A program made the position numbers and the translations under genes. Below the pieces are notes generated by a model. It was given only the letters and a program-made list of their open reading frames with translations. It was not told where the DNA came from and made no database searches. DNA of 64,000 bases from a virus (lineage: Duplodnaviria > Caudoviricetes), in IMG/VR virus record IMGVR_UViG_3300028275_000007. The stretch is one strand, 5' to 3'. Below, piece by piece: positions 48,695 to 58,082 of this stretch (its first letter is position 1; the number at the start of each line of letters is the position of its first letter).

Positions 48695-49828
48695 ATGCTC
48701 AAAATGTCTTTATCTATTAATCCTCTTGCTCAATTGGTATCAAACATATCGCAGAGCGTTTCACAGGCTTCAAACGAAGCTGGCTCTGCAATGACTAGTT
48801 CTTTTTCTGAGCTATCGAAAATTGATTTAAACAGTAAAATTTCTTCCTTGTCGGGAGAAATTGGGTCAGGACTTAACGGGCTAACAGGAAATATTAAAAG
48901 TTTAGCAGGAAGTGCTTCCGGATCACTAGGTGGTATTTCTGGTTTAGGAAACATTTCGTCTGAAGTCCAGAGTAAGGTTGGAGGAGCAATTAATTCTTTG
49001 CAATCTGTAGCAGGTTCGACTAGTAACATAGCAGCAGACATCTCCGGGGGGTTAAACAAATTAGCTGGAGGTTCTGTTGGCGGCGGCCTAATGGCATTAG
49101 CAACAGGAATTAGTAAGACAGCTGGAATGCTCAACAATATACTTAGTCTAAAGCGAGGAGCAAACATTCCATCGGGAGCAGATGCATTTGTTAAACAAGG
49201 CACGGCTATAAAATTAAACACAAATCCTGGAAATGATTGGCGTGTAAGAATTAATTGCCAATGGAATACTTTTAATAGTCCGATGTTTGAACTTTTAAAA
49301 AATACAGGAGGAGTTGTTTGGCCTTATAATCCAAATATAACTGTATCAACAAAGGCAGAATACAATTCTCAAAGTATGATTCACAGTAACTACCAAGTAC
49401 ACTCTTACAAAAATAGTGTTGTGGATGATATTCAGATTAGTGGAGATTTTACCTGCGAAACAGAATCTGATGCAGCATATTGGATTGCAGCAACTACATT
49501 CTTTAAAACAGCAACTAAAATGTTCTTTGGTCAAGGAGCATACGCAGGAAATCCACCGTTGGTATGTAATTTATCTGGTTACGGTGCTAGTGTTTTTGAT
49601 AACATTCCTGTAATTGTAAAATCTTTTTCGGTAGACTTAAAAGACGATGTAAACTACATTCACTGCGACAAGTGGAAAACAAATACGTGGGTTCCTGTTG
49701 TTAGCACTATAACAGTAACCGTTGCTCCTATATACAGCAGACAGCGTCTACGTCAATTCAGTTTACAAGATTACGCCAGTGGCGGAATGTCTATGAAGGC
49801 CAGTGGCGGTGGTGTAGGATATCTATAA
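48695..49828 (+). CDS. Baseplate tail-tube initiator (gp48/gp54, CIS-tube-like), 377 aa
   Basis: Ser/Gly low-complexity N-half; C-half GVVWPYNP.I...Y...GNPPLVCNLSGYG..VF..IPV.V.SF; directly precedes gp53. Confidence 0.7.
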   Translation: MLKMSLSINPLAQLVSNISQSVSQASNEAGSAMTSSFSELSKIDLNSKISSLSGEIGSGLNGLTGNIKSLAGSASGSLGGISGLGNISSEVQSKVGGAINSLQSVAGSTSNIAADISGGLNKLAGGSVGGGLMALATGISKTAGMLNNILSLKRGANIPSGADAFVKQGTAIKLNTNPGNDWRVRINCQWNTFNSPMFELLKNTGGVVWPYNPNITVSTKAEYNSQSMIHSNYQVHSYKNSVVDDIQISGDFTCETESDAAYWIAATTFFKTATKMFFGQGAYAGNPPLVCNLSGYGASVFDNIPVIVKSFSVDLKDDVNYIHCDKWKTNTWVPVVSTITVTVAPIYSRQRLRQFSLQDYASGGMSMKASGGGVGYL

Positions 49829-49829
49829 T

Positions 49830-50129
49830 ATGGCAAAATATTCTAAAACAAGTCCTTGGTTAACTACTCCTCAGAATTCTTTATATATGGAATTGCTGAA
49901 CATTCGACCTGTTCCAGCAGAAGCAGATGATTTTCGTTATATTATAGAAAATCAATATAAACACAGACCTGATTTGTTAGCATACGATGTATACGGCGAT
50001 GCTAAGTTATGGTGGGTTTTCGTTCAAAGAAATATGAGCGTGTTAAAAGATCCAATTTACGATTTTACTCCTGGAACAACAATCTATCTTCCTAAAAAAA
50101 CTAACTTAGAAAAATTCTTAGGAGTCTAA
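49830..50129 (+). CDS. gp53: Baseplate wedge protein gp53 (LysM-like), 99 aa
   Basis: YKHRPDLLAYDVYGDAKLWWVF...N. Confidence 0.85.
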   Translation: MAKYSKTSPWLTTPQNSLYMELLNIRPVPAEADDFRYIIENQYKHRPDLLAYDVYGDAKLWWVFVQRNMSVLKDPIYDFTPGTTIYLPKKTNLEKFLGV

Positions 50130-50131
50130 AT

Positions 50132-52573
50132 ATGGCATCTATTTTAGATTATCTTGGAAAAGCATTAGAAGTAAAAAAGCCCGACGGTACTCCTATTATT
50201 CCTAACCCTGTAAATTCTACTATTAACATAGGGTCAGTATCTAATATTACAAATTTAGTTGCAGGCGGTGCAACAAACTTTTTAAGAAACGGGCAATCAT
50301 CAATACTTCCTGATACAAAAACTACAGCGGGTAGTGCAGTTCCTAATTTGCCAAATGTTAAACCAAACCCAATGGAACAATTTGCTTCTGTTAATGTGTT
50401 ATGGACATTGGCTTGTTTAACTCCTGCACAATTTAATAACCCGTCGTCATATAGAAATTCACCAGCCGATTTAAAAAACATTGTATTTTCTTCAGCTGGA
50501 AGATTTGATGAACAACGTGTAAAAACATTTTATGGTACACCTGAATATTATGTTAATAATTTTCAAATGAAATGTATTATTGGTTCAACTGAAAAAACAG
50601 GAAACAGTAATGCTATTAAATTTGAATTTGACATCTACGAACCCTACAGTATGGGATTACTTTTACAAAGTATGCAGGTTGCCGCAGTAAACTCTGGCTA
50701 TGCAAATTATCTAGACAATACTCCATATTTGTTAAAAATGGACATTCAAGGTTTTGACGAATTAGGAGTTTCAATCAAAGCTGTTAAATCGAAATATTTT
50801 ACACTAAAATTGGTTTCTATGAAATTTAGTGTAAACGAGGGAGGAAGCAGCTATAAAGTAGAAGGTATTCCATACAACCATCAAGGTTTTTCAGACGCAA
50901 TGAATACAACTTTCAAAGATATAAAAATCTTTGGAAAACAAAATGGTGTAGGTAATGTAGTTGAAGTACTAAGCACAGGAGATAAAAGTCTTGCAGCAGT
51001 ATTAAATGATAATGAATATAGATTAAAAAAAGAACAGCAGATTAAGGAACAAGACGAATACCATATTGAGTTCCCTATACTTGCCAGCGACCTGTATTCG
51101 ACCGCAGGCAATCCTCCTAAGACAAATCGAGCAACAGTTAATCCTGCAATGACTGAACAGCAAAGGATGTTAGCAGAACAAACAGCAGACTTTGAAGAAG
51201 CAGATAGTAAACCAGTTAATCCTATTGGGCTTGCTAGCTTAGGATTTGATCAAACTAGAGGCGGTAATCATATTTTTAAACGTGCTCAAGATCAGTATGA
51301 TCCAAAGACTGGTGTTGTTAAACGAGATAATATGACCATTGATCCTAAGTTGAGAGCATTTCATTTTTCACAGGATCAAACTTTAACTTCAATTATAAAT
51401 CAAATTGTGCTTAGTTCTAATTATGCATCAGATGCAATATCAAAAGCTAATCTAACCCCAGAAGGTTATATTAAATGGTTTAAACTAGATGTACAAATGA
51501 AATTGTTAAACTATGACGATTTAATTGGAGATTATGCAAAAAAAATAACATATAGAGTTGTTCCTTATTTCGTGCATCAATCTATATTTGCAAATCCGTC
51601 AGCAGCACCTGTTGGTTATGCTGAACTACAAAAGAGTGTATGTAAACATTATCAATATATCTACACAGGTCAGAACGTTGATATATTAAAATTTGACATA
51701 AACATTAACAATTTATTTTTTACAGGGGCAAATCCTTCTCCTGAAAGCAAGGCTGCAACAACAGCCAACCAAGACCAACAAGGGCCTGCTGAAAGAACTA
51801 ACAGTTCTACAAAAAGCGGGCAAGGTCAAGATGCCAGCGCACAGGCAGCTCCAATGGGCAGAGCTAGGAAAAAAAGAGATCCTAAATTACTTGAAGGACT
51901 TAAAGGTGGTGCAGGATCTAAATCAACTGAACAGAATGTTGCTGAAAACTTTCAATATGCTTTCCTTTCTGGAAATAGTGCAGACTTAGTTACTGTTGAT
52001 TTGGAAATCCTTGGCGATCCGTATTGGTTGGTTGACAGCGGTATGGGAGGATATTTTTCCGGAGCTCCCAGCGAAACTTCTCAGATTACAAACGATGGTA
52101 CAATGAACTACGAAAGTGGAAACGTCTATGTATATCTAACATTTAGAACACCGTCTGATGTAAATGAAACCACAGGCTTATACGATTTTTCAATTGCAGG
52201 AAAAGAAAGTCCGTTCGGTGGTATATATCGTGTTAATATGGTAGAAAATTACTTTTCAGATGGATTTTGGAAACAGAAATTAAAATGTTTAAGAATGCCA
52301 GGACCACAGGGACCTGAGATTAATTCTGTAACAGGTGATACACCTGGACCAATTTCTAGAACAGATAACCAAGCTACTGAGATTAGTGATGCTGAGCCTA
52401 AAGATACATCAGTTGTTGACGATGCTGCATCATCGTCAAATTCAACAACAGATACAGCAACCGCTAATGGAAATACTGGACAATCTGGGCAAACTACACA
52501 AACCGTGACAACATCTAACAAAACAAAACCTGTTGCTGGTTACAGATATTATAGAGACCTAGGACAACAATAA
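50132..52573 (+). CDS. Baseplate hub protein (gp27-like position), 813 aa
   Basis: Lies between gp53 and gp5; LEILGDPYW and GIYRV..VEN.F..G.W.Q.L C-terminal hub pattern. Confidence 0.6.
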   Translation: MASILDYLGKALEVKKPDGTPIIPNPVNSTINIGSVSNITNLVAGGATNFLRNGQSSILPDTKTTAGSAVPNLPNVKPNPMEQFASVNVLWTLACLTPAQFNNPSSYRNSPADLKNIVFSSAGRFDEQRVKTFYGTPEYYVNNFQMKCIIGSTEKTGNSNAIKFEFDIYEPYSMGLLLQSMQVAAVNSGYANYLDNTPYLLKMDIQGFDELGVSIKAVKSKYFTLKLVSMKFSVNEGGSSYKVEGIPYNHQGFSDAMNTTFKDIKIFGKQNGVGNVVEVLSTGDKSLAAVLNDNEYRLKKEQQIKEQDEYHIEFPILASDLYSTAGNPPKTNRATVNPAMTEQQRMLAEQTADFEEADSKPVNPIGLASLGFDQTRGGNHIFKRAQDQYDPKTGVVKRDNMTIDPKLRAFHFSQDQTLTSIINQIVLSSNYASDAISKANLTPEGYIKWFKLDVQMKLLNYDDLIGDYAKKITYRVVPYFVHQSIFANPSAAPVGYAELQKSVCKHYQYIYTGQNVDILKFDININNLFFTGANPSPESKAATTANQDQQGPAERTNSSTKSGQGQDASAQAAPMGRARKKRDPKLLEGLKGGAGSKSTEQNVAENFQYAFLSGNSADLVTVDLEILGDPYWLVDSGMGGYFSGAPSETSQITNDGTMNYESGNVYVYLTFRTPSDVNETTGLYDFSIAGKESPFGGIYRVNMVENYFSDGFWKQKLKCLRMPGPQGPEINSVTGDTPGPISRTDNQATEISDAEPKDTSVVDDAASSSNSTTDTATANGNTGQSGQTTQTVTTSNKTKPVAGYRYYRDLGQQ

Positions 52574-54183
52574 TGGCAGAATTACAAAGACCCTCAGCAG
52601 AAAATGAAGGACGTTCCGGTACTCTTGGTAACGGAATATATCTTGCGAGGGTTATTAGTCATTTAGATCCTACGTTTATGGGATCTTTAGAAGTTAATTT
52701 ATTAAAAGACCAAGCAAATACCTCCGGCGAAGATGCCGAAACGTATATTGTAAAATATGCTCCGCCGTTCTTTGGCCATACACCTTTTGAGTTTATGGGT
52801 AAGAATGATGGCGCCAGTTCAACAATTGACGGATATAACGACACACAAAAATCTTATGGTATGTGGTTTGTGCCTCCAGACATTGGTGTTAACGTTTTAG
52901 TATTATTTTTAAACGGAGATCCTGCTCAAGGATTTTGGTTTGCCTGCGCACCTGGTAGATACATTAATAATATGGTTCCAGCTATTGCTGGATCAACTGA
53001 AAATTCTTTAGATGCTACAGATAAAGCACGATACGGTCCAATGAAATCCTTAGATGGTAAACCGTTGCCGTTGCCAGTTGCAGAAATTAACAAACGTCTA
53101 AATGCAGATAAAGACCAAGAAATTAATCCGGAAAAAATTAAAAAAGTTGTACATCCTATTGCCGATAGATTCTTAGAACAAGGTTTATTAGAAGACGATG
53201 TTAGAGGAGTTGTTAATTCGTCTCCACGAAGAGAAGCACCATCTATGGTATTTGGTATTTCAACACCAGGACCAGTTGATAGACGAACTAATGCTAAGAA
53301 AGCAAAAGTAGGAAAATCAGATAGTCAGTCGGACCCTGTACCAGTCAGTCGTTTAGGCGGAACACAAATTGTAATGGATGATGGAGATGATAGATATCAT
53401 CGAGCAACAGCAGCAGCAGATGGTCCTGTAAAATATATTGACTTATTAAACGACAAAGAAAAATATGAACCGGAAGTTCCTTACGGAGAATATTTTAGAA
53501 TTAGGACCAGAACTGGTCACCAGTTGTTAATGCATAATTCTGAAGATATCATTTATATTGCTAATGCAAGAGGAACAGCTTGGATTGAAATGACCAGTAA
53601 TGGTAAAATTGATATCTATGCCCAAGACAGCATCAGCATTCATACACAAAATGATTTAAATCTACGTGCTGATAGAGATATCAATTTTGAGTGTGGCCGC
53701 AATATGAACTTTAGAACAGAGACAGGAAAGTGGCACGCTGAAATAGGCTCAGATATGGAGTTTTTAATTAATAAGGATGCAAAACTGACCGTAGGATCTA
53801 ATCTAGATATTCTTATTGGTGCTGCAACAAAATTTTCTACAAACACTAACTTTGATATTGCTGCCGGTGGTGAACTTAGAGTTAGTTCTACCGGAGATTT
53901 AAGCATAGGTTCTGGAGCACAAATTATAGAAACGGCTCCAACAATCCACTTAAACGATACAACTAATGCAACACCTGCAGAAGTTGCAGATTTTGTTAAA
54001 CCATACGACCTAAGAGATAACCCTGCAACAAGTACAACATCTAGTTGGGAAACTAAAAAGTATCAAGCTGGGGTTGTTCAGAGCTTTATGAAACGCATAC
54101 CGATGCACGAACCTTGGGCCTTGCACGAGAATCAAGCACCAGAACAATTGACTCCAGATAAAACAGATAGGGATGCAGACTAA
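52573..54183 (+). CDS. gp5: Central spike gp5/VgrG-like, 536 aa
   Basis: N-terminal OB fold (ARVISHLDP..MGSLEV; GMWFVPPDIG..VLVLF..GD), RTRTGHQLLM, C-terminal ~8-residue beta-helix repeats. Confidence 0.8.
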   Translation: MAELQRPSAENEGRSGTLGNGIYLARVISHLDPTFMGSLEVNLLKDQANTSGEDAETYIVKYAPPFFGHTPFEFMGKNDGASSTIDGYNDTQKSYGMWFVPPDIGVNVLVLFLNGDPAQGFWFACAPGRYINNMVPAIAGSTENSLDATDKARYGPMKSLDGKPLPLPVAEINKRLNADKDQEINPEKIKKVVHPIADRFLEQGLLEDDVRGVVNSSPRREAPSMVFGISTPGPVDRRTNAKKAKVGKSDSQSDPVPVSRLGGTQIVMDDGDDRYHRATAAADGPVKYIDLLNDKEKYEPEVPYGEYFRIRTRTGHQLLMHNSEDIIYIANARGTAWIEMTSNGKIDIYAQDSISIHTQNDLNLRADRDINFECGRNMNFRTETGKWHAEIGSDMEFLINKDAKLTVGSNLDILIGAATKFSTNTNFDIAAGGELRVSSTGDLSIGSGAQIIETAPTIHLNDTTNATPAEVADFVKPYDLRDNPATSTTSSWETKKYQAGVVQSFMKRIPMHEPWALHENQAPEQLTPDKTDRDAD

Positions 54184-54185
54184 TT

Positions 54186-54623
54186 ATGGGAACAAAAATT
54201 TATAATCAAAAAACAGTTGCAACATCAAATGCACAAGTTACTACTAATTACGGAACTTTTACCTATAGGGGATTTAGTTCTTCAAACGGAGCAAAAAATT
54301 ATAAACTTTATGACATTGATCTAGTTAAACAAGATCTAATAAATCATTTTTATATCCGCAAAGGAGAAAAATTAGAAAACCCAGAGTTTGGTACAGTCAT
54401 CTGGGATATGTTATTTGAGCAGTTCACTGAAGAAGTTAAAAAAATTATTGCAAAAGACGTCGAAGATATTATCAATTACGATCCTAGAATAGCAGTTAAT
54501 GAGATTCAAATCGATACTACAGATCAAGGAATAAGAATTCAAGCAGATATCGTTTACGTTCCATTTAATATTAGTGAGCGTATGACGTTTAATTTTGATA
54601 AAAACAATTCTATCATAGTATAA
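54186..54623 (+). CDS. gp25: Baseplate wedge/sheath initiator gp25, 145 aa
   Basis: DLINHFYIRKGEKLENPEFGT.IWD.LFE...I.YDPR. Confidence 0.9.
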   Translation: MGTKIYNQKTVATSNAQVTTNYGTFTYRGFSSSNGAKNYKLYDIDLVKQDLINHFYIRKGEKLENPEFGTVIWDMLFEQFTEEVKKIIAKDVEDIINYDPRIAVNEIQIDTTDQGIRIQADIVYVPFNISERMTFNFDKNNSIIV

Positions 54624-54643
54624 AATACCCACATAATTTTTAT

Positions 54644-54651
54644 GGTAAATA
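54644..54651 (+). promoter_or_regulatory. Late promoter variant (GGTAAATA)
   Basis: Gap upstream of gp6. Confidence 0.45.
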
Positions 54652-54669
54652 TTGGTATAGGGATAGGAA

Positions 54670-57600
54670 ATGACTACTACAAGCAGACAAAATAATTTAA
54701 TTCTAAACCAAGACTGGACTAGAATATATCAGACATTTAAAAATGCGGATTTCAAATCTTACGACTTTGAAAATCTACGCCGCGTTATCATCACGTATCT
54801 GCGTGAAAACTACCCAGAAGATTTTAACGATTATATCGAATCTAGCGAATATATGGCGCTTATTGACGCTATTGCATTCTTAGGTCAAAGCCTATCCTTC
54901 CGCATTGATCTTGCTAGCCGTGAGAATTTTATTGAACTTGCGGAAACAAAAGAAAGCGTGTTAAGGATTGCTCGTATGCTTTCCTATAACGCTAAAAGAA
55001 ATATAGCTGCTAGCGGTCTGTTAAAATTTACATCAGTGACTACTACAGATAGTATTGTTGACAGCAACGGAAAAAATCTTTCGCAACAGGTTATTTCTTG
55101 GAATGACCCAACAAACACTAACTGGTTAGAACAGTTTATTCTAGTTTTAAATTCTGCAATGGCAGATAACACAGAGTTTGGTCGAAGCCAAGGATCTGCT
55201 ACAATTCAAGGAATTCCAACAGAACAGTATCGTTTTAGAACAACCACTGCTGACGTTCCTTTGTTTTCTTTTAGTAAATCTGTTGCTTCTAGAGGAATGC
55301 CTTTTGAGATAGTTTCTACAGCATTTGCTAACAGTGAAAATATCTACGAAGAACCACCAGTGCCGGGCAACCAGTTAGGTTTTGTTTATCGTAATGATAG
55401 CACTGGACCTGGTTCAGCAAATACTGGATTCTTTTTAATGTTTAAACAAGGCACTATGCAACTTGCTGATTTTAGCATAGATGCTCCTACTACTAATGAA
55501 AAAATTGCAGTTGATGCAAATAACATTAATAACAACGATGTTTGGTTATTTTCTTTAAATGCAGCCGGAGCCCAATTAGAAGAATGGACAAAAGTTTCAA
55601 GCCTTGTTGGAAATAATATTGCTTATAATAGTGTTAATCAGAACGTTAGAAATATCTATGCAGTCAACACAAAAGAAAATGATAACATTGATTTAGTGTT
55701 TGCTGACGGAGTCTATGGTAATTTGCCACAAGGCCCTTTTAGAGTTTATTATAGAACCAGCAACGGATATAGATATACAATTTATCCAAACGATTTGCGA
55801 GGAATCAACATAAGCATTAATTATGTAAATGCTTCTGGCGTTGCTCATACTCTAACAATCGGGTTGGCACTACAGTCAACTATCACTAATTCTGCTGCTT
55901 CAGAAGATATCGATACAATTAGAACAAATGCTCCTGCTGTATATTATACACAGAATCGTATGATTACCGCAGAAGATTATAATCTAGCACCGTTAACTAG
56001 TTCTCAAAATATTTTAAAAGTAAAATCTATTAATAGAACTTCTAGCGGAATATCTAGAAACTACGATATCATCGATGCGTCTGGAAAATACAGTTCAGTT
56101 AATGTATTTGCTAATGACGGTTATATCTATAAAGAAGAAACAGAAGAAACTTTAACTTTTAAATTTAATAATAGACTAGACATTATTAATTTTATAAGAG
56201 GTTACATCGAGCCTGTGTTTTCTAGTAACGAAGTATATAATTTTTATTTTACAAAATTTGATAAAATTTTATTCACAGACGATAAAACCGTTTGGGAAGC
56301 TGTCACCACAATAACACCAACTGGATACTTTAAAAATACAGTAGATTCATCTTTAACAAAAGTTGGTAGCTATTCTACTAACCTATTAAAATATTTTTAT
56401 GTAGGATCTCTTATCAAGTTTGTACCAGAAGAAGGCAAAGCATTTAAAAACGGAGAAATGGTAGCAGCAGATCCTACAGATCCTTTACAGACTAATATGA
56501 TATGGGCAGAGGCTGTTAAAATTACTGGAGATGGCACAAACACAGGAAGGGGTGCTTTGACTAACGGATTGGGACCTATTGTATTAAACAAAACAGTTCC
56601 AACAGGAGCCATTGCTTCAAGAATTATTCCTAGATTTATAAACGATTTAAATGTTTCTTTAGAAAACGAAATAGTAAATCAAGCATATCAAAATTTAAAT
56701 TTTGGCTTGAGATACGATGTTGAAACACTACAATGGTCGATTATAACATCATCTAATTTAAACTTAATTGATAATTTTACTCTAGGCAAATCTGGTGATA
56801 TTTCAAACACCGGAGTCGACTCGTCATGGATTGTTGCTTTTGTAAAAGAGGCTGACAGCTATACTGTTAGAGTAAGAAAGTTAAATTACATATTTGGAAG
56901 TTTACAACAAAATAGATTTTATTTTGATGCCAACGAAAAACGTTACAATGATCAAACAGGCAATGTTGTCAAAGATACAGTTACAGTTTTAGGTATCAAT
57001 ACATCGAGTGATTTTATAACTGAATTAAAACAAGATGTTTCTTTTGAAATTAGTGATACTATAAAATTTGATGATGGATATGAAAGTACTTCAGAAATTA
57101 AATTATCATTCTATGATTCTAACAGTGATGGAATAATTGATAATCCTGAATCTTTTGAAACAATTGTGGGCGACGATCAGTCTTTAAATTATTTGTTTTT
57201 TAAACAGTCTGTTGATCAGTACGGAACAGTTTACTACTCATTAATTGATAATTCAATTAACTCTGTGTTAGTTTTAGAAAAAGAATCAGTTGTTGATATT
57301 AACGATACTGCAACTTATCCAGACGGACAACTTATATATTTCTATGATGTTGACGAGGACGTGATTAAACAAGTTAATAGAACAACAAATACATTAGATC
57401 TAGTTACATCCTACAAAGCAGTTTTAGGCCGTCGAAATTTAAAATTCCAGTATGTTCACAATGCTACAACTTATCGTAGAATTGATCCTTCATCGAGTAA
57501 CATTATTGACACATATATGTTGGTAAGATCATATGACGAAGATTACAGAATGTATTTACAGGGCGGAATATCTACAGAACCAACTCCACCAGATACAGAA

Positions 57601-58077
57601 GTATTAAGAACTACGTTTGGCGGAACATTGTCTGCGATTAAATCTCTCAGCGACGAAATAGTTTACCATTCAGCCAAATATAAAGTATTGTTTGGATCTA
57701 AAGCTGATCCAAAATTACAAGCAACATTTAAGGTAGTGAAAAACCCAAATAAAACTATTAACGACAATGATTTAAAAGTGAGAGTAATAGGTGCAATTAA
57801 CAATTTCTTTGATATTAACAATTGGGACTTTGGAGATAGATTTTATATGAGCGAATTGACAACTTATATTTTAAATTCCTGTGCTCCGGACCTAGCAAAT
57901 ATTGTTATTGTTCCAAAACAAACAAATCAGGTATTCGGAAGTCTTTTTGAGATTCAAAGTAGATCGGACGAAATCTTAATTAGTGGTGCAACTGTTGATG
58001 ATGTTGAAATAGTTTCGGCTATTACAGCAGCTGAATTGGGTGCAAGTATTACAACTATTGTTTCAACAACTTATTAA
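54670..58077 (+). CDS. gp6: Baseplate wedge subunit gp6, 1135 aa
   Basis: DFKSYDFENLR...DFNDYIESSE...LID..A, SV...ARMLSY..KR, APAVYYTQNRMITAEDY, DFGDRFY.SEL. Confidence 0.88.
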   Translation: MTTTSRQNNLILNQDWTRIYQTFKNADFKSYDFENLRRVIITYLRENYPEDFNDYIESSEYMALIDAIAFLGQSLSFRIDLASRENFIELAETKESVLRIARMLSYNAKRNIAASGLLKFTSVTTTDSIVDSNGKNLSQQVISWNDPTNTNWLEQFILVLNSAMADNTEFGRSQGSATIQGIPTEQYRFRTTTADVPLFSFSKSVASRGMPFEIVSTAFANSENIYEEPPVPGNQLGFVYRNDSTGPGSANTGFFLMFKQGTMQLADFSIDAPTTNEKIAVDANNINNNDVWLFSLNAAGAQLEEWTKVSSLVGNNIAYNSVNQNVRNIYAVNTKENDNIDLVFADGVYGNLPQGPFRVYYRTSNGYRYTIYPNDLRGINISINYVNASGVAHTLTIGLALQSTITNSAASEDIDTIRTNAPAVYYTQNRMITAEDYNLAPLTSSQNILKVKSINRTSSGISRNYDIIDASGKYSSVNVFANDGYIYKEETEETLTFKFNNRLDIINFIRGYIEPVFSSNEVYNFYFTKFDKILFTDDKTVWEAVTTITPTGYFKNTVDSSLTKVGSYSTNLLKYFYVGSLIKFVPEEGKAFKNGEMVAADPTDPLQTNMIWAEAVKITGDGTNTGRGALTNGLGPIVLNKTVPTGAIASRIIPRFINDLNVSLENEIVNQAYQNLNFGLRYDVETLQWSIITSSNLNLIDNFTLGKSGDISNTGVDSSWIVAFVKEADSYTVRVRKLNYIFGSLQQNRFYFDANEKRYNDQTGNVVKDTVTVLGINTSSDFITELKQDVSFEISDTIKFDDGYESTSEIKLSFYDSNSDGIIDNPESFETIVGDDQSLNYLFFKQSVDQYGTVYYSLIDNSINSVLVLEKESVVDINDTATYPDGQLIYFYDVDEDVIKQVNRTTNTLDLVTSYKAVLGRRNLKFQYVHNATTYRRIDPSSSNIIDTYMLVRSYDEDYRMYLQGGISTEPTPPDTEVLRTTFGGTLSAIKSLSDEIVYHSAKYKVLFGSKADPKLQATFKVVKNPNKTINDNDLKVRVIGAINNFFDINNWDFGDRFYMSELTTYILNSCAPDLANIVIVPKQTNQVFGSLFEIQSRSDEILISGATVDDVEIVSAITAAELGASITTIVSTTY

Positions 58078-58082
58078 TAATT

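Noticed and set aside
48695-58077. Bacterial extracellular contractile injection system or tailocin
   Set aside because: Portal, protease, scaffold, capsid, gp46/47 and gp55 in the same window indicate a genuine phage.
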